This document shows positions 36,061-46,403 of a stretch of DNA of 53,409 bases, in pieces. The stretch is from a virus. Lineage: Duplodnaviria; Caudoviricetes. The notes beneath the pieces are model-generated. The model ran no database searches. It saw only the letters and a list, made by a program, of their open reading frames with translations, and was not told the DNA's origin. The first letter of the stretch is position 1; the number at the start of each line of letters is the position of its first letter. The position numbers and the translations under genes were made by a program. The stretch spans positions 1 to 53,409 of IMG/VR virus record IMGVR_UViG_3300027071_000001. One strand, given 5' to 3'.

Positions 36061-36447
36061 ATGCCGAGCTACGTCGCATATACCAACGGCCTCGGTGTGA
36101 CCGAGGACAACGAGAACGGACTCGCTCCTGGAGAGTCTGTCAATCCGTCCGACTTCGAGCCCGAGGAGTGGGACTACCACATTCAGCATGGCAACATCGT
36201 CCGTGCTGGCGGACCGAACGATCCCAATGTGCTTGCCGCCAATCTAGAGGAGGACATTCCGGAGGATCCGAAGGAGAGGCGCATCCGGGAGCTCGAGGCG
36301 CAGCTCGAGCTGCTGACAGGACGTCAAGGAACCCCCGCAGCCGGTACGCACCTGAGCGACCTGGCCGACGCTCAGGCAGAGGAGGAGAAGGCGAAGAAGG
36401 AGGAGAAGAGGCCTGCGTCTTCTTCCTCGAGGCCGGCGTCGTCCTGA
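36061..36447 (+). CDS. hypothetical head-region protein
   Basis: AGGAG SD; acidic with coiled coil. Confidence 0.6.
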   Translation: MPSYVAYTNGLGVTEDNENGLAPGESVNPSDFEPEEWDYHIQHGNIVRAGGPNDPNVLAANLEEDIPEDPKERRIRELEAQLELLTGRQGTPAAGTHLSDLADAQAEEEKAKKEEKRPASSSSRPASS

Positions 36448-36468
36448 CAGCGCGGAGGGGAGAGCTTA

Positions 36469-36948
36469 GTGGCTGCTCACATCACCACGTCTGACGTACA
36501 GTCATGGCTCGAGACCACTAAGCTCTCCGTCTCCACGATCGAACCGAACCTCGAGGCGCAAGTGTCTGCTGAGGTACTCGGCAAGCTGGGCCAAACCTTC
36601 TCCGCCAACGTACCGCTATGGGTAGACTCGACGACTACGCCGCAGATCGTGCGTCAAGTCATAGCGATGTACTATGCTAGTTGGATCTACGACCGTGCGT
36701 TCTCTGAGGTTGAGACCAACGAGGCAGTAACCTCCTACGGTGCGGTTCTACGCACATGGGCTACTTCGCTTCTGAACAGTATCATCACAGGCAGTGTAGA
36801 GATTTTGGATAGTCCTGCCAACGCAGCGACAGGACCTATCTTCTATCCGACTGATACGAGCTCGACTTGGGAAGCTTGGAGGATCAATACCGATTGCAAC
36901 GACAATTCTCTTGGCCCTGCTAAGTTTGGTATGGGTAAGGTGTTCTGA
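36469..36948 (+). CDS. head-tail adaptor
   Basis: Synteny; TPQIVRQVIAMYYA...LLNSI.G. Confidence 0.65.
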   Translation: MAAHITTSDVQSWLETTKLSVSTIEPNLEAQVSAEVLGKLGQTFSANVPLWVDSTTTPQIVRQVIAMYYASWIYDRAFSEVETNEAVTSYGAVLRTWATSLLNSIITGSVEILDSPANAATGPIFYPTDTSSTWEAWRINTDCNDNSLGPAKFGMGKVF

Positions 36949-37691
36949 TGGCTACTACGACTGCGGGAGGCCTCAGGTTCGATAATCTCGTCAACCTCGG
37001 CTTCTCGTTCAGTCCAACGATGGCAATGTCCGCCAAGGCCTTTGATAAGTTCGGTCTCGATATCCGTTCCTTCCGCGAGCCGCTAAAGCGCTCGATTCAG
37101 CAAGTCGTTGCTCCTTCCATCCGCAAGAACTTCATCGCTCACGGTCGACCTGACACTTGGGCACCTTATGCAGACGGTACTGTTCAGGTGAAGATGCGAG
37201 ACCCCAAGAACAAGTTCGGTGCGGAGGACTTGCTGCGGCGCTCTGGGCTCCTGTGGAAAACGATGCAGCAGTACAACATTTGGGCTGTGACGACGACACA
37301 GGCTGCCATTCTTGACTTGCCTGAGAAGATCTGGTACGGTGCGATTCACCAAGGAGGTTACAGCTCCGGAGGCGGTCCAACGATGACTCTTGGTGAGGCT
37401 CGGGCTGCTGGCCGTATATCGGGGAAGTTTGCTACGCCTGCGGAGCTTGCTGCTATGGGTGGTGGCGGTACGATGACTCACCTGGCTGCGAAGGCAGCAG
37501 GACTTATAGCGGGTGAGTTTGCCACGCCTGCTGAGCTTCGAGCGATGGGCGGCGGAGGTAGGGCTGCCAACATTCCTGCACGGCCGTTCGCACTGTTCCA
37601 GGACGAGGACATTGTTAGGATCGAGGAAGTCTTCTACAGGTGGATTGAGGAGCGTGCTGTTACTGCTATGGTGGTAAAGACATGGCAATGA
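36948..37691 (+). CDS. virion morphogenesis protein (Mu gpG-like)
   Basis: NF..HGRP..WAP, L.RSG.L, YGAIHQGG, NIPARPF. Confidence 0.85.
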   Translation: MATTTAGGLRFDNLVNLGFSFSPTMAMSAKAFDKFGLDIRSFREPLKRSIQQVVAPSIRKNFIAHGRPDTWAPYADGTVQVKMRDPKNKFGAEDLLRRSGLLWKTMQQYNIWAVTTTQAAILDLPEKIWYGAIHQGGYSSGGGPTMTLGEARAAGRISGKFATPAELAAMGGGGTMTHLAAKAAGLIAGEFATPAELRAMGGGGRAANIPARPFALFQDEDIVRIEEVFYRWIEERAVTAMVVKTWQ

Positions 37692-38116
37692 CAGCTAGTT
37701 CCGAAGTCGTCGCCAACGCCGTCAAGGCTGCGATCGATGCGCAGGTGGCTGCACTAGGCATTGCAGCGACCTTCTACGGCGACCAAACTCAAGTTCCACA
37801 TACGCCTACAGTTTGTATCACTCCTGGGAACAAGCGGCGAGAGTGGCAGGGCGCGTCGCTCATGACGCTGAATACGTTCGAGACCTATGTGTTCGTGTAC
37901 TTCTGCAAGATTCAAGACATACAGCAGAACCTACACGGTGCGCAGACTCTTGCAGATGCTATTGAGCCCGTTGTGCAGACTGACATTACTCTTGGTGGCA
38001 TTGTCATAGGTACGCTCTGTACGCAGAACGAGCCTGGCATGGTTAACAAGATGGGCAGCCTGATGATGGGTAACCGAATGACGTTTGAGTCCTTCAGTAA
38101 GACGCGACTCCCGTAG
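37682..38116 (+). CDS. tail terminator/completion protein
   Basis: Synteny; TDITLGG.V. Confidence 0.6.
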   Translation: MAMTASSEVVANAVKAAIDAQVAALGIAATFYGDQTQVPHTPTVCITPGNKRREWQGASLMTLNTFETYVFVYFCKIQDIQQNLHGAQTLADAIEPVVQTDITLGGIVIGTLCTQNEPGMVNKMGSLMMGNRMTFESFSKTRLP

Positions 38117-38124
38117 GAGGTGTA

Positions 38125-38421
38125 ATGCCATACACAGTGCAGGTCGACCACCCCGAAGCGGGAGACTCGGATCTCTACATTCATGGTCTGGGTACGTTCC
38201 GCAACGGTACCAGTACTACGGTCGACGACGAACAGGCGGAGCTTTACAGGGCTCTAAACGCAACGCAGAACCAAGAGCACACGCCTGAAGGCGGTCTCAT
38301 AGTCGAGAGCGTGCTAGCGCCTCCGATCGACGAGCTGGACATTAGAGGCGTGACGATCACCAAGGACAAGTCTCAGTCATCGAGGGGGAAGGCTCCGGAG
38401 CCGAAGGGAGATGATGAGTAG
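38125..38421 (+). CDS. hypothetical protein
   Basis: AGGAGGT SD. Confidence 0.6.
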   Translation: MPYTVQVDHPEAGDSDLYIHGLGTFRNGTSTTVDDEQAELYRALNATQNQEHTPEGGLIVESVLAPPIDELDIRGVTITKDKSQSSRGKAPEPKGDDE

Positions 38422-39353
38422 TGCCTTACGGTATGGGAGCAGGCGGCCTCTTGGGTGTCGCCTTCGAGGCAACGGCAGGTACCTATACGGCACCGACCAA
38501 GTTCATTCCGATCCTCTCCGAGTCGCTGGAGTTGAAGGAGACGAACATCTACCGGACGCCGATCAGGCAGTCGGCTGCGCGAATCGGTGTCGTGCCTGGT
38601 GACTTCAGCGTCACGGGAACGGTCACGATGGAGGCGCTCGAGGATTGCTGCCTGTACTTCACCGAGTGCGCACGTACAACAGGTGTCAAGACCGGCACGA
38701 CGAACCTCACCTACACCTATACGCCGAACTCGAACGCGGTTCCGAACAAGACGATGTCGATCACAGTGGTTAGGAACGGCGTCATCTTCGGTTACACGGG
38801 CTGTGTCGTAGGCAAGTCAACCTTTACGGTCAACAACAACATCATGGAGGCATCGTTCGACATCTTCGGCCTGACCGACGCGTCTCCTAGTCCGGCTCTG
38901 ACGCCTATCTGGCCGACCTCCGTACCTTACGGTCCGGGCACCTGGCAGATTCAGATTCCGACGCCGACACAGGTGTTCGATATGGACACCTTCTCGTTCG
39001 ACATCGACGATGCAGGCGCAGAGCAGTTCCGACTCAAGAACGCACGCGGTGCGCAGTTCGCCTCGTTCGGCGAGCGCTCGTGCCAGATGACTACGACACG
39101 TGACTTCTTGACCAACTCGGACTACACCAACTTCAAGGCTGTAACGGGTCAGAAGGTTACAGTCATCGCTACGAACGGCATCAACAACTCCATCCAGTTC
39201 GACTTGTTCAACGCGATCCAGGATGTCTATCAGGTTCCACTCTCAGGAGTCGGTGACCTGATCCGTGCCTCGATCACTTACCAAACCGTTCTTGACGGTT
39301 CTGGCAACGAGTACGATATCATCTACAAGACGCAGGAATCCATCACTCCTTAG
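38421..39353 (+). CDS. major tail tube protein
   Basis: G..G.LGVAFE.T.GT..APTKF, YTGC; precedes the chaperones. Confidence 0.85.
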   Translation: MPYGMGAGGLLGVAFEATAGTYTAPTKFIPILSESLELKETNIYRTPIRQSAARIGVVPGDFSVTGTVTMEALEDCCLYFTECARTTGVKTGTTNLTYTYTPNSNAVPNKTMSITVVRNGVIFGYTGCVVGKSTFTVNNNIMEASFDIFGLTDASPSPALTPIWPTSVPYGPGTWQIQIPTPTQVFDMDTFSFDIDDAGAEQFRLKNARGAQFASFGERSCQMTTTRDFLTNSDYTNFKAVTGQKVTVIATNGINNSIQFDLFNAIQDVYQVPLSGVGDLIRASITYQTVLDGSGNEYDIIYKTQESITP

Positions 39354-39380
39354 TCCGAATGGTTCTTTGAGGGAGGAATC

Positions 39381-40012
39381 ATGCCGCGTGCCACCGTGTC
39401 AACAGAGCCAGAGCAGTTCGATCTCCAGTCGCTACCTGAGGCTTGGGTTCTGCTTCGTCGTATGTCATACGGCGAGCGGCTCCATCGTCAGGACATGGCG
39501 ATGCAGATGTCCATGGAAGCCGATCAACGTACACGCACTGCACGGATGGACGTCGCACCTGCGCAAACGGCGGTAGCGCAGTTCGAGCTCAAGTCATGCG
39601 TCGTAGATCACAACCTCGAAGACGAGAGCGGACGCAAGCTCGACTTCAACAACCCGCTCGACTGCGCTCAGCTCGACGGACGTGTAGGTGAGGAGATCGC
39701 CGAACTCATCGACACTCTGCATGATTGGCAGGCTGCCCTCCCAAACTCCGGAACGAGATCCGGAAACTCGTCTGGGCGCAAGGTCCTATCCGGGAAGGTG
39801 GCCTCGGACGGAGCCGGGACGAAGAGGTAGCTCAGCAGCTAGTAGCACTAAGCAATGCATGCCGCGAGCTCCATTGTCTACCGAAGCCCGGTGGATGGCT
39901 GGATCAGGACAGCTTCCACGTAGAGGGAATGGACATAGTCATCATGGAGCAGCAGGCTAAGGAGGCAGCAGACCAGCACAAACGAGAGTTGGAGCAGAAG
40001 AGAGGGAGATAG
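39381..40012 (+). CDS. tail assembly chaperones G (39381-39830) and GT via -1 frameshift (to 40012)
   Basis: C-CCA-AAC at 39740-39746; -1 frame open, with LHCLPKPGGWLDQD. Confidence 0.8.
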
Positions 40013-40014
40013 CG

Positions 40015-43000
40015 TTGCCACTTGGCGTGCGTGAGATCCTTCTCGTCGTTCGTGCTCAGAATCTCGGGTCTGGTGTCCTCCGCAATCTTGCCGGTGACTT
40101 TAACAACCTGGACAAAGCGGCTAAGAAGACTGCGCAGTCACAGATGCAGACCGGCTCAGCGCTGATGGCTGTAGGAACGGGCGTAGCAGCAGTTGGTGCA
40201 GCTGGTCTGTTGTTCTTGGGTAAGGCAGCTAGTGCTGCAGTCGATTACAATCGACAGGTCGCCCTGACCAAGACCCAGACGTACGGTCTCAAGGTCACGA
40301 TGGACCAGTTGTCGCAGGCTGGCCTCGATGTAGCTCGAAACATTGCAGTGCCGCTCGACCAGATCCAGTCAGGTCTGTACGACATCTTCTCCTCGATGGA
40401 TGTCAACCTCACCCAGGCTAGGTTCCTGCTATCCAACTTTGCCAAGGAAGCTGTCGCAGGACAAGTAGACCTCTCCACAGCTGAGCGCGCGACCATTGGC
40501 ATCATGAACTCGTACCAGATGAAGGTGTCCGATGTTACTAAGGTCCAGGACATCATGTTCAACCTGGTCAAATTCGGTGTCGGTACCTACGCTGACTTTG
40601 CGAGTGTAATTGGGAGGGTAACGGGCCCTGCTGTACGTGCGAATCAGACGTTTGAACAGACTGCAGCATTGATGGCATTCGTAACCAGGAACGGTCTGTC
40701 TGCTGCTAACGGTGCTGCCTCTGTTGGTCGCGCTCTGGACGCGATTGGTAAGTCGCGTGACAAGATTGCTAACCTAGGCAAGACAGTTATTGATGCGCTA
40801 GGACCGTCGGTGGCTAGCAAGCTGGGCTTCACGGCTAGCACGATGATTAAGGTCACCGACGCCTCTGGCAAGCTACTTCCTGTCAACCAGATCATGACTG
40901 ACCTGGGAACGTCTCTTGGCAAGTTGAACCCGACGCAGCTGAATGACGTTCTCAATGCCATGTTCAAAGGTACCGGCGGCACGATTCAGGCCATGCGCTT
41001 CTTCGACATTGCCATTAAGAACTATGGGCAGTTGAACAAGCTAGTAAAGGATATGGGCAATAGCAAGGGCGCTTTGAAGGCTGCCTACGACACCATGGCT
41101 CAGACGCCAGCCATGAAGATCCAGCAGCTAAAGAACAACTTCCAGGCGTTCATGATCGTTCTTGGCCAGACGCTATTGCCTATCATAGGTAAGGTAGCAT
41201 CGGCTCTAGCAGATTTCTTCAGCATGATAGGCAAGCTGCCAAAGCCTGTCATAGCTGTTATAGCCATTGTCATAGCTGTCACGTCTGTACTACTGGTACT
41301 CGGCGGCATCATCATGGTTGTCGTCGGAGCTTGGCTGGTGTTCAGTGCAGTCCTGGCAGCTACAGAGGTAGCCCTTGCTCCGATCCTTATTACTATAGGT
41401 CTTGTCATTGCAGCTGTCGTAGCCCTTGCCATCGCTGCCTATCTCATCTACAAGCACTGGCAGCCGATCAGTACGTGGTTCCACAATATGTGGTTCGACA
41501 TGTGGCGATGGATCGATCACATATGGCAGCTCATCTTCAAGTCCATTAACGACACCTGGAAAAGGGTCATGGGGGTCTTCAGGGCCATCGAGACCTGGAT
41601 CACAGGCAACTTCGACAAGTGGTGGAAGACTCACGGCGAAGCAGTCAAGCAGATCTGGAACTCGATCTGGGATCCCATCGCTTCTCACTACAAGGCCTTC
41701 TGGGACGTCGTTGTAGGATTGACCAAGGTTGGTCTCAACCTCATTGAGGTAAGTATCAGAGTTGCGACAGCCGAGTTTGAGTTCGTGTTCAGGACTGCCT
41801 GGGACATCATTGTAGGCATCTTCAGAGTCGCCTGGGCAATCATCGTAGCAGCGTTCAAGATCTGGTGGGCAGTAGTCAGTGCCGTTGTGAAGATTGGCTG
41901 GGAAGGCATAAGGGCAATCTTCAAGATCGCCTGGGACACGATCGTGTTCCTGTTCAATCTCTTCCTCGACGTTCTTACGGGACACTGGCATACGGCGTTC
42001 GTAGACATGGAGAACTACGCCAAGCAGATCTGGAACACGATCAGGAACTACCTCGTCGCTGTTTGGCACATAATCGAGAATGCTGCAGTGCCAATCTGGA
42101 ACGCATTGAGGAATGGTTGGTTCAATGTATGGCACGCCATCTACAATACCACTCAGCAAGTCTGGCACAACATTGAGAACTTCCTCAGCTCGGTCTGGCG
42201 TGGCATTGAAACGGGAGCTAGGAATACTGTTGGCGCACTGAAGCAGATCTGGCATGGCATTGAGGCTATCTTCAGAGATCCTGTCAACTTCGTTATTCAG
42301 TACGTGTATAACGACGGCCTCAAGGCGCTCTGGAACGGCGTCATGAACGCCATCGGGCTAGGAAGGCTAGACCTTCCCAACCTCAAGACAATGGCGACAG
42401 GCGGCAGGATTCCAGGCTTCGGCGGTGGCGACAGGGTTCCAGCGATGCTAGAGCGTGGCGAGGCTATCGTTGACAAGAACCGTGCCAGGAAGTACGGCTG
42501 GTTGCTAGGCATGATAGGTGTTCCTGGATTCCAAGCAGGCGGCTTGGTTCACGGTATCGTCAGCGGTATCAGTTCCGCAACGCACAAGGTCGTCGGCGGT
42601 GCTGCGGACATCCTGCACGTCGGTGGCGCTGTTGCTAAAATGACTCTTGCTGCCGCTACTGGCAATCAGACAGCCTTTACCAACGCAATGATCAGTGCTC
42701 TTCCAGGCGGCGCTGGCGGAGCAGCTGGCAACCTAGCAACCATGATTACTACGTTGCCACTGGCAATCGCGCACAAGATCATCAGCTCCCTGTGGAACAC
42801 GATAGCAGGTACGGGGGGTGGTGCAGCTTCCTATAGGCCAGGCGCAGGAGTGCAGCAGTGGAGGACTACGGTCCTTCGTGCTCTGGCTATGGAGGGTCTG
42901 TCCACGTCGCTAGTTAATGCAGTACTGTACCAGATGCAGACGGAGTCGGGTGGCAACCCGAGAGCCATCAACCTCTGGGACATCAACGCGCAGCGTGGCG

Positions 43001-43386
43001 ATCCGTCTAAGGGCCTTATGCAGGTTATCGGATCAACGTTCGCTGCTTTCCACTGGCCTGGCACCTCATTTGACATCTTCAACCCACTAGCCAACATCGC
43101 GGCGGCATTGAGCTATGCTAGGACTGCCTACGGTCCCAACCTGCGCAACGCTGCAGGCGGTATCGGTACCGGACACGGTTACGCTGGAGGTTCTTGGTAC
43201 GTTCCACGAACTGAGCCTGCACTCGTTCACGAGGGGGAGATGGTTCTAGATCGGAGGACTGCAAGTCGTGTCCGTGCAGGAGCAGGCGTAGGTCCGACTC
43301 AGGTCTTCTACATTTCCACACAGGAGATCGACCCGCGCAGGCACGCCGCTGAGCTAGGTTGGGAACTCGCGAGGAGGAGTAGCTGA
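40015..43386 (+). CDS. tape measure protein with C-terminal lytic transglycosylase
   Basis: 1123 aa, Trp-periodic repeats; TESGGNP...GLMQVI...NIAAA..Y. Confidence 0.93.
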   Translation: MPLGVREILLVVRAQNLGSGVLRNLAGDFNNLDKAAKKTAQSQMQTGSALMAVGTGVAAVGAAGLLFLGKAASAAVDYNRQVALTKTQTYGLKVTMDQLSQAGLDVARNIAVPLDQIQSGLYDIFSSMDVNLTQARFLLSNFAKEAVAGQVDLSTAERATIGIMNSYQMKVSDVTKVQDIMFNLVKFGVGTYADFASVIGRVTGPAVRANQTFEQTAALMAFVTRNGLSAANGAASVGRALDAIGKSRDKIANLGKTVIDALGPSVASKLGFTASTMIKVTDASGKLLPVNQIMTDLGTSLGKLNPTQLNDVLNAMFKGTGGTIQAMRFFDIAIKNYGQLNKLVKDMGNSKGALKAAYDTMAQTPAMKIQQLKNNFQAFMIVLGQTLLPIIGKVASALADFFSMIGKLPKPVIAVIAIVIAVTSVLLVLGGIIMVVVGAWLVFSAVLAATEVALAPILITIGLVIAAVVALAIAAYLIYKHWQPISTWFHNMWFDMWRWIDHIWQLIFKSINDTWKRVMGVFRAIETWITGNFDKWWKTHGEAVKQIWNSIWDPIASHYKAFWDVVVGLTKVGLNLIEVSIRVATAEFEFVFRTAWDIIVGIFRVAWAIIVAAFKIWWAVVSAVVKIGWEGIRAIFKIAWDTIVFLFNLFLDVLTGHWHTAFVDMENYAKQIWNTIRNYLVAVWHIIENAAVPIWNALRNGWFNVWHAIYNTTQQVWHNIENFLSSVWRGIETGARNTVGALKQIWHGIEAIFRDPVNFVIQYVYNDGLKALWNGVMNAIGLGRLDLPNLKTMATGGRIPGFGGGDRVPAMLERGEAIVDKNRARKYGWLLGMIGVPGFQAGGLVHGIVSGISSATHKVVGGAADILHVGGAVAKMTLAAATGNQTAFTNAMISALPGGAGGAAGNLATMITTLPLAIAHKIISSLWNTIAGTGGGAASYRPGAGVQQWRTTVLRALAMEGLSTSLVNAVLYQMQTESGGNPRAINLWDINAQRGDPSKGLMQVIGSTFAAFHWPGTSFDIFNPLANIAAALSYARTAYGPNLRNAAGGIGTGHGYAGGSWYVPRTEPALVHEGEMVLDRRTASRVRAGAGVGPTQVFYISTQEIDPRRHAAELGWELARRSS

Positions 43387-44243
43387 TGCCTCCGCCAATG
43401 ACTGACTACACTTGGGCGTTTGGCGAGAGCGGTACGGTGCTGAACACCGACAGCATGGGCCTTCCCTTCGTCGACGTACAACAGGTTAGTGGTCTCGACG
43501 TAGCGCCTCTGAGGACAGCGTCTGATGAGCACCAAGGCATGGATGGTACGTACATCGACACACCGTACATGTCCTCTAGGACAATCGTCATAAACGGTAA
43601 CCTGTACACTAATCCTAGTGATCCGGATACGTTGCTGAACTCGTTGAAGGCTGACTACGGCAGCAATGTCGTTAGGCCCTTCTACTTCCAGCTACCTGGA
43701 CAGCCCCTCAGGTTCGTCAACTGTCAGGGAGGCGGTCTAGTCTACGACATAGACGGCGGCAGGCGTTCTGGTGTGACAGTGCTGCAGGCGACGCTGCTAG
43801 CTGAGGACCCGTACATCTATGACTGGCCAGCACAGACTGCAGTTGTGAGTGTGCCTACTGTAATCATCGTAGGTACAGGCTTCAACATGGCCTTCAACGT
43901 CGGCTTTGGTGGTTCGGTACCGCTGAACGGTGCTACTGCTGGAAACAACGGCACGCACACAGCGTACCCGATCATTACGATTACAGGACCCGTTACGAAT
44001 CCTGTCCTGACGGACAGCTTTGGCATAACAATGGCGTTCTCCATCTCGCTGGCGTCAGGTGACTCTCTGGTCATCAACTGTAGGAATAAGTCTGTAGTGC
44101 TTAATGGACAAGCAAGTAGAAGGAATACGCTATCGGGACTGAGGTGGTTCTCAGTTCCTCCGGGTGCGTCCGAAACGATCTTCTTCAGTGCCGACTCTGG
44201 TACTGGCACAGCCACAATACTCTTGAACTCGACGTACTGGTAG
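43386..44243 (+). CDS. distal tail protein
   Basis: Follows TMP; SRTIVING, A.DPYIY, ITGPVTNP. Confidence 0.85.
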   Translation: MPPPMTDYTWAFGESGTVLNTDSMGLPFVDVQQVSGLDVAPLRTASDEHQGMDGTYIDTPYMSSRTIVINGNLYTNPSDPDTLLNSLKADYGSNVVRPFYFQLPGQPLRFVNCQGGGLVYDIDGGRRSGVTVLQATLLAEDPYIYDWPAQTAVVSVPTVIIVGTGFNMAFNVGFGGSVPLNGATAGNNGTHTAYPIITITGPVTNPVLTDSFGITMAFSISLASGDSLVINCRNKSVVLNGQASRRNTLSGLRWFSVPPGASETIFFSADSGTGTATILLNSTYW

Positions 44244-44250
44244 GAGCGTC

Positions 44251-45291
44251 ATGGCAGCAAGCAATCCACCCTTCGTGTGTCAGGGAAGGGCTGACCATCC
44301 AGCAGTTCTGTTCCGCATGACGTTGGCTGGCATAGCTTCTGCTCCTGGCGCAGCAGGCATTACTAGTCCTCTAGGAGGGGTGAATCCCTTCCTGGGCAAC
44401 GGCTTGGCAGTCACTGGCCTAGGTTCAATGAACGTGCAGGTCGGTACAGGCCTGGCGTACGTTCCGAACTCGACAGCCTGGAACGGCGAGTATGCCTGTT
44501 ACAACACGAGCACGTTCAACGTCGCGATAGCAGCCTCCTCGTCGACACAGTGGCGCCGAGACTACATCGTGGCACAGGTGACGGATCCAGGTGACGCGAC
44601 TGCAAACTGGAACGCAGTGCCTGTTACCGGTACCTTCTCCTCGTCTTCTCCGGGACCTCTACCCGCTATCCCTGCGAACTCTATCCCGTTGGCTATAGTC
44701 AACGTCACTCCGAACATGACGGTTACCAATGCTGGTGGTACGGTTCAGGACGCTAGGCTCCTGTTGCCACTGCCTGGTATCTGGCCAACGACATCGAGTG
44801 CTAGGCCTTCGCTGTCAGCTCCCGAAGGCACGATGTGGTTCGAGACCGATACGAACCAAGCAGGTATCATTATCAATGGTGCTTACGTCTACTTCTTGCT
44901 GAACACGACGACGCCTGACACTTGGCATGACCTACGACCAGCGTCATCGGGCTGGACAGGATCGGTCTCGGGTGAGTATCCGCCGCAGTACAGGAAGACG
45001 CCAGACGGGCAGCACGTCGAAATCTATGGCATCGTAGGCCTAGGCTCTCCCTACACAGCTACGAACATTTTTGCCAACCCGTTGCCCGCAGGCTATAGGC
45101 CGAACCACCAGTCGCGCTGTCAGGTCGTCATTATTAGCAACGGTACATCCAACATGGTGTCTACCGCATTCCTGAACATTCTAACTACTGGGTACCTTCA
45201 GTTCTCCAACTTCCCGACAGGTCTCGGCGGCACGAACGTGTTCTTGAACTGTTCGTTCCCGCTAGACTCTTCAGGTCTGATCCAGTCGTGA
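44251..45291 (+). CDS. minor tail protein
   Basis: MNVQV.TG, RRDYIVA.V.D, P.IPANSIPLA.V. Confidence 0.8.
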   Translation: MAASNPPFVCQGRADHPAVLFRMTLAGIASAPGAAGITSPLGGVNPFLGNGLAVTGLGSMNVQVGTGLAYVPNSTAWNGEYACYNTSTFNVAIAASSSTQWRRDYIVAQVTDPGDATANWNAVPVTGTFSSSSPGPLPAIPANSIPLAIVNVTPNMTVTNAGGTVQDARLLLPLPGIWPTTSSARPSLSAPEGTMWFETDTNQAGIIINGAYVYFLLNTTTPDTWHDLRPASSGWTGSVSGEYPPQYRKTPDGQHVEIYGIVGLGSPYTATNIFANPLPAGYRPNHQSRCQVVIISNGTSNMVSTAFLNILTTGYLQFSNFPTGLGGTNVFLNCSFPLDSSGLIQS

Positions 45292-46403
45292 CAGCCCAGT
45301 ACACGTACCTCGCTACGGACCTTGCTACCAACATGGTCCTGGGCGAGCTGCCCATAAGCAATGTGTCACTAGACTGTCAGCTGAACAAGGCTGGGAATAT
45401 GTCTGCAGCCGGGAAGCTAGACGATAAGCGCCTGGACAATACCGAGTTCCTCGCCAGAACTACTCCAGGCAGGACGGCGTTCTGGGCCTACCGCGAGAAC
45501 CAAATCGTCTGGGGTGGCATCATTCTGTCGCGTGAGTACCAGTCGAATGGCAAGGCGCTTACGTTGACAGGACAGACGTTTGAGTGCTACGCTGCGCGTC
45601 GCTTCCCCCGCTACGTTCTGGGTCTAACTACGCAGCGTCTGAACATGGGTCAGTGCGCAACTATCGACTACCTGTGGAAGCAGTTGCAAGGCGTAACCGG
45701 GGGCAGCATCGGTGTGCAACCGGCTGTTAGCATCCCTGCCAACGACACGGTCGTACAGCTCAACATTGCCGGGTACGACTTGTCGACGTCGTACGATGAT
45801 CTGATCCAGTCGATCGTGAATCAGAGCTACGGACCTGACTACACCATCGGTTGGTTTGAGGATGGAAACGGGTTGCCTCAGAAGCAGCTGAATGTACAGA
45901 CGCTGATTGGCAACCCGATTGGGATAACGGATCTGGTAGTCGATTACCCTGGGCCTGTAGTCGACTATGTTTATACCGAGAACGCTTCCTCTGGCAACAA
46001 CTACTGGTGGGCAGTGGGCGATGGAGATGGAGCCGCTGCTCTAGTCGGTTCAGCTGGCGACGCTAACGCCCTTGCTTCTGGGTACCCGATCTGGGAAGGT
46101 GTCAACAGCTACAACGGCGTTACGATTCAGGCTACCATCAATGCTCATGCACAGTCGGACTTGTTCTCGTTGGATCTGCCTCTAGTCTCCCATCACGTCG
46201 ACTTGTTCGGGAATACGTGGCCTGCGTTTGGGACTTACGGTATGGGTGACTTCGTCACCGTCAACGTCACCGACGCACGCTTTCCTCAGGGCTTCACCTT
46301 CAACGTCCGTGCTATTGGTTGGACGATACAGCCTCCTGACGAAGGCCAAGGCACGGAGCAGATCTCGCTCGTCTTCGACGAGGCCACAGGGAGTGGTGCG
46401 TAA
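45288..46403 (+). CDS. minor tail/baseplate hub protein
   Basis: DL.T..VLGELP, LN..G, IVWGGII. Confidence 0.8.
   Translation: MTAQYTYLATDLATNMVLGELPISNVSLDCQLNKAGNMSAAGKLDDKRLDNTEFLARTTPGRTAFWAYRENQIVWGGIILSREYQSNGKALTLTGQTFECYAARRFPRYVLGLTTQRLNMGQCATIDYLWKQLQGVTGGSIGVQPAVSIPANDTVVQLNIAGYDLSTSYDDLIQSIVNQSYGPDYTIGWFEDGNGLPQKQLNVQTLIGNPIGITDLVVDYPGPVVDYVYTENASSGNNYWWAVGDGDGAAALVGSAGDANALASGYPIWEGVNSYNGVTIQATINAHAQSDLFSLDLPLVSHHVDLFGNTWPAFGTYGMGDFVTVNVTDARFPQGFTFNVRAIGWTIQPPDEGQGTEQISLVFDEATGSGA

Noticed and set aside
39792-39798. GGGAAGG as frameshift site
   Set aside because: Not an XXXYYYZ heptamer; CCCAAAC fits better
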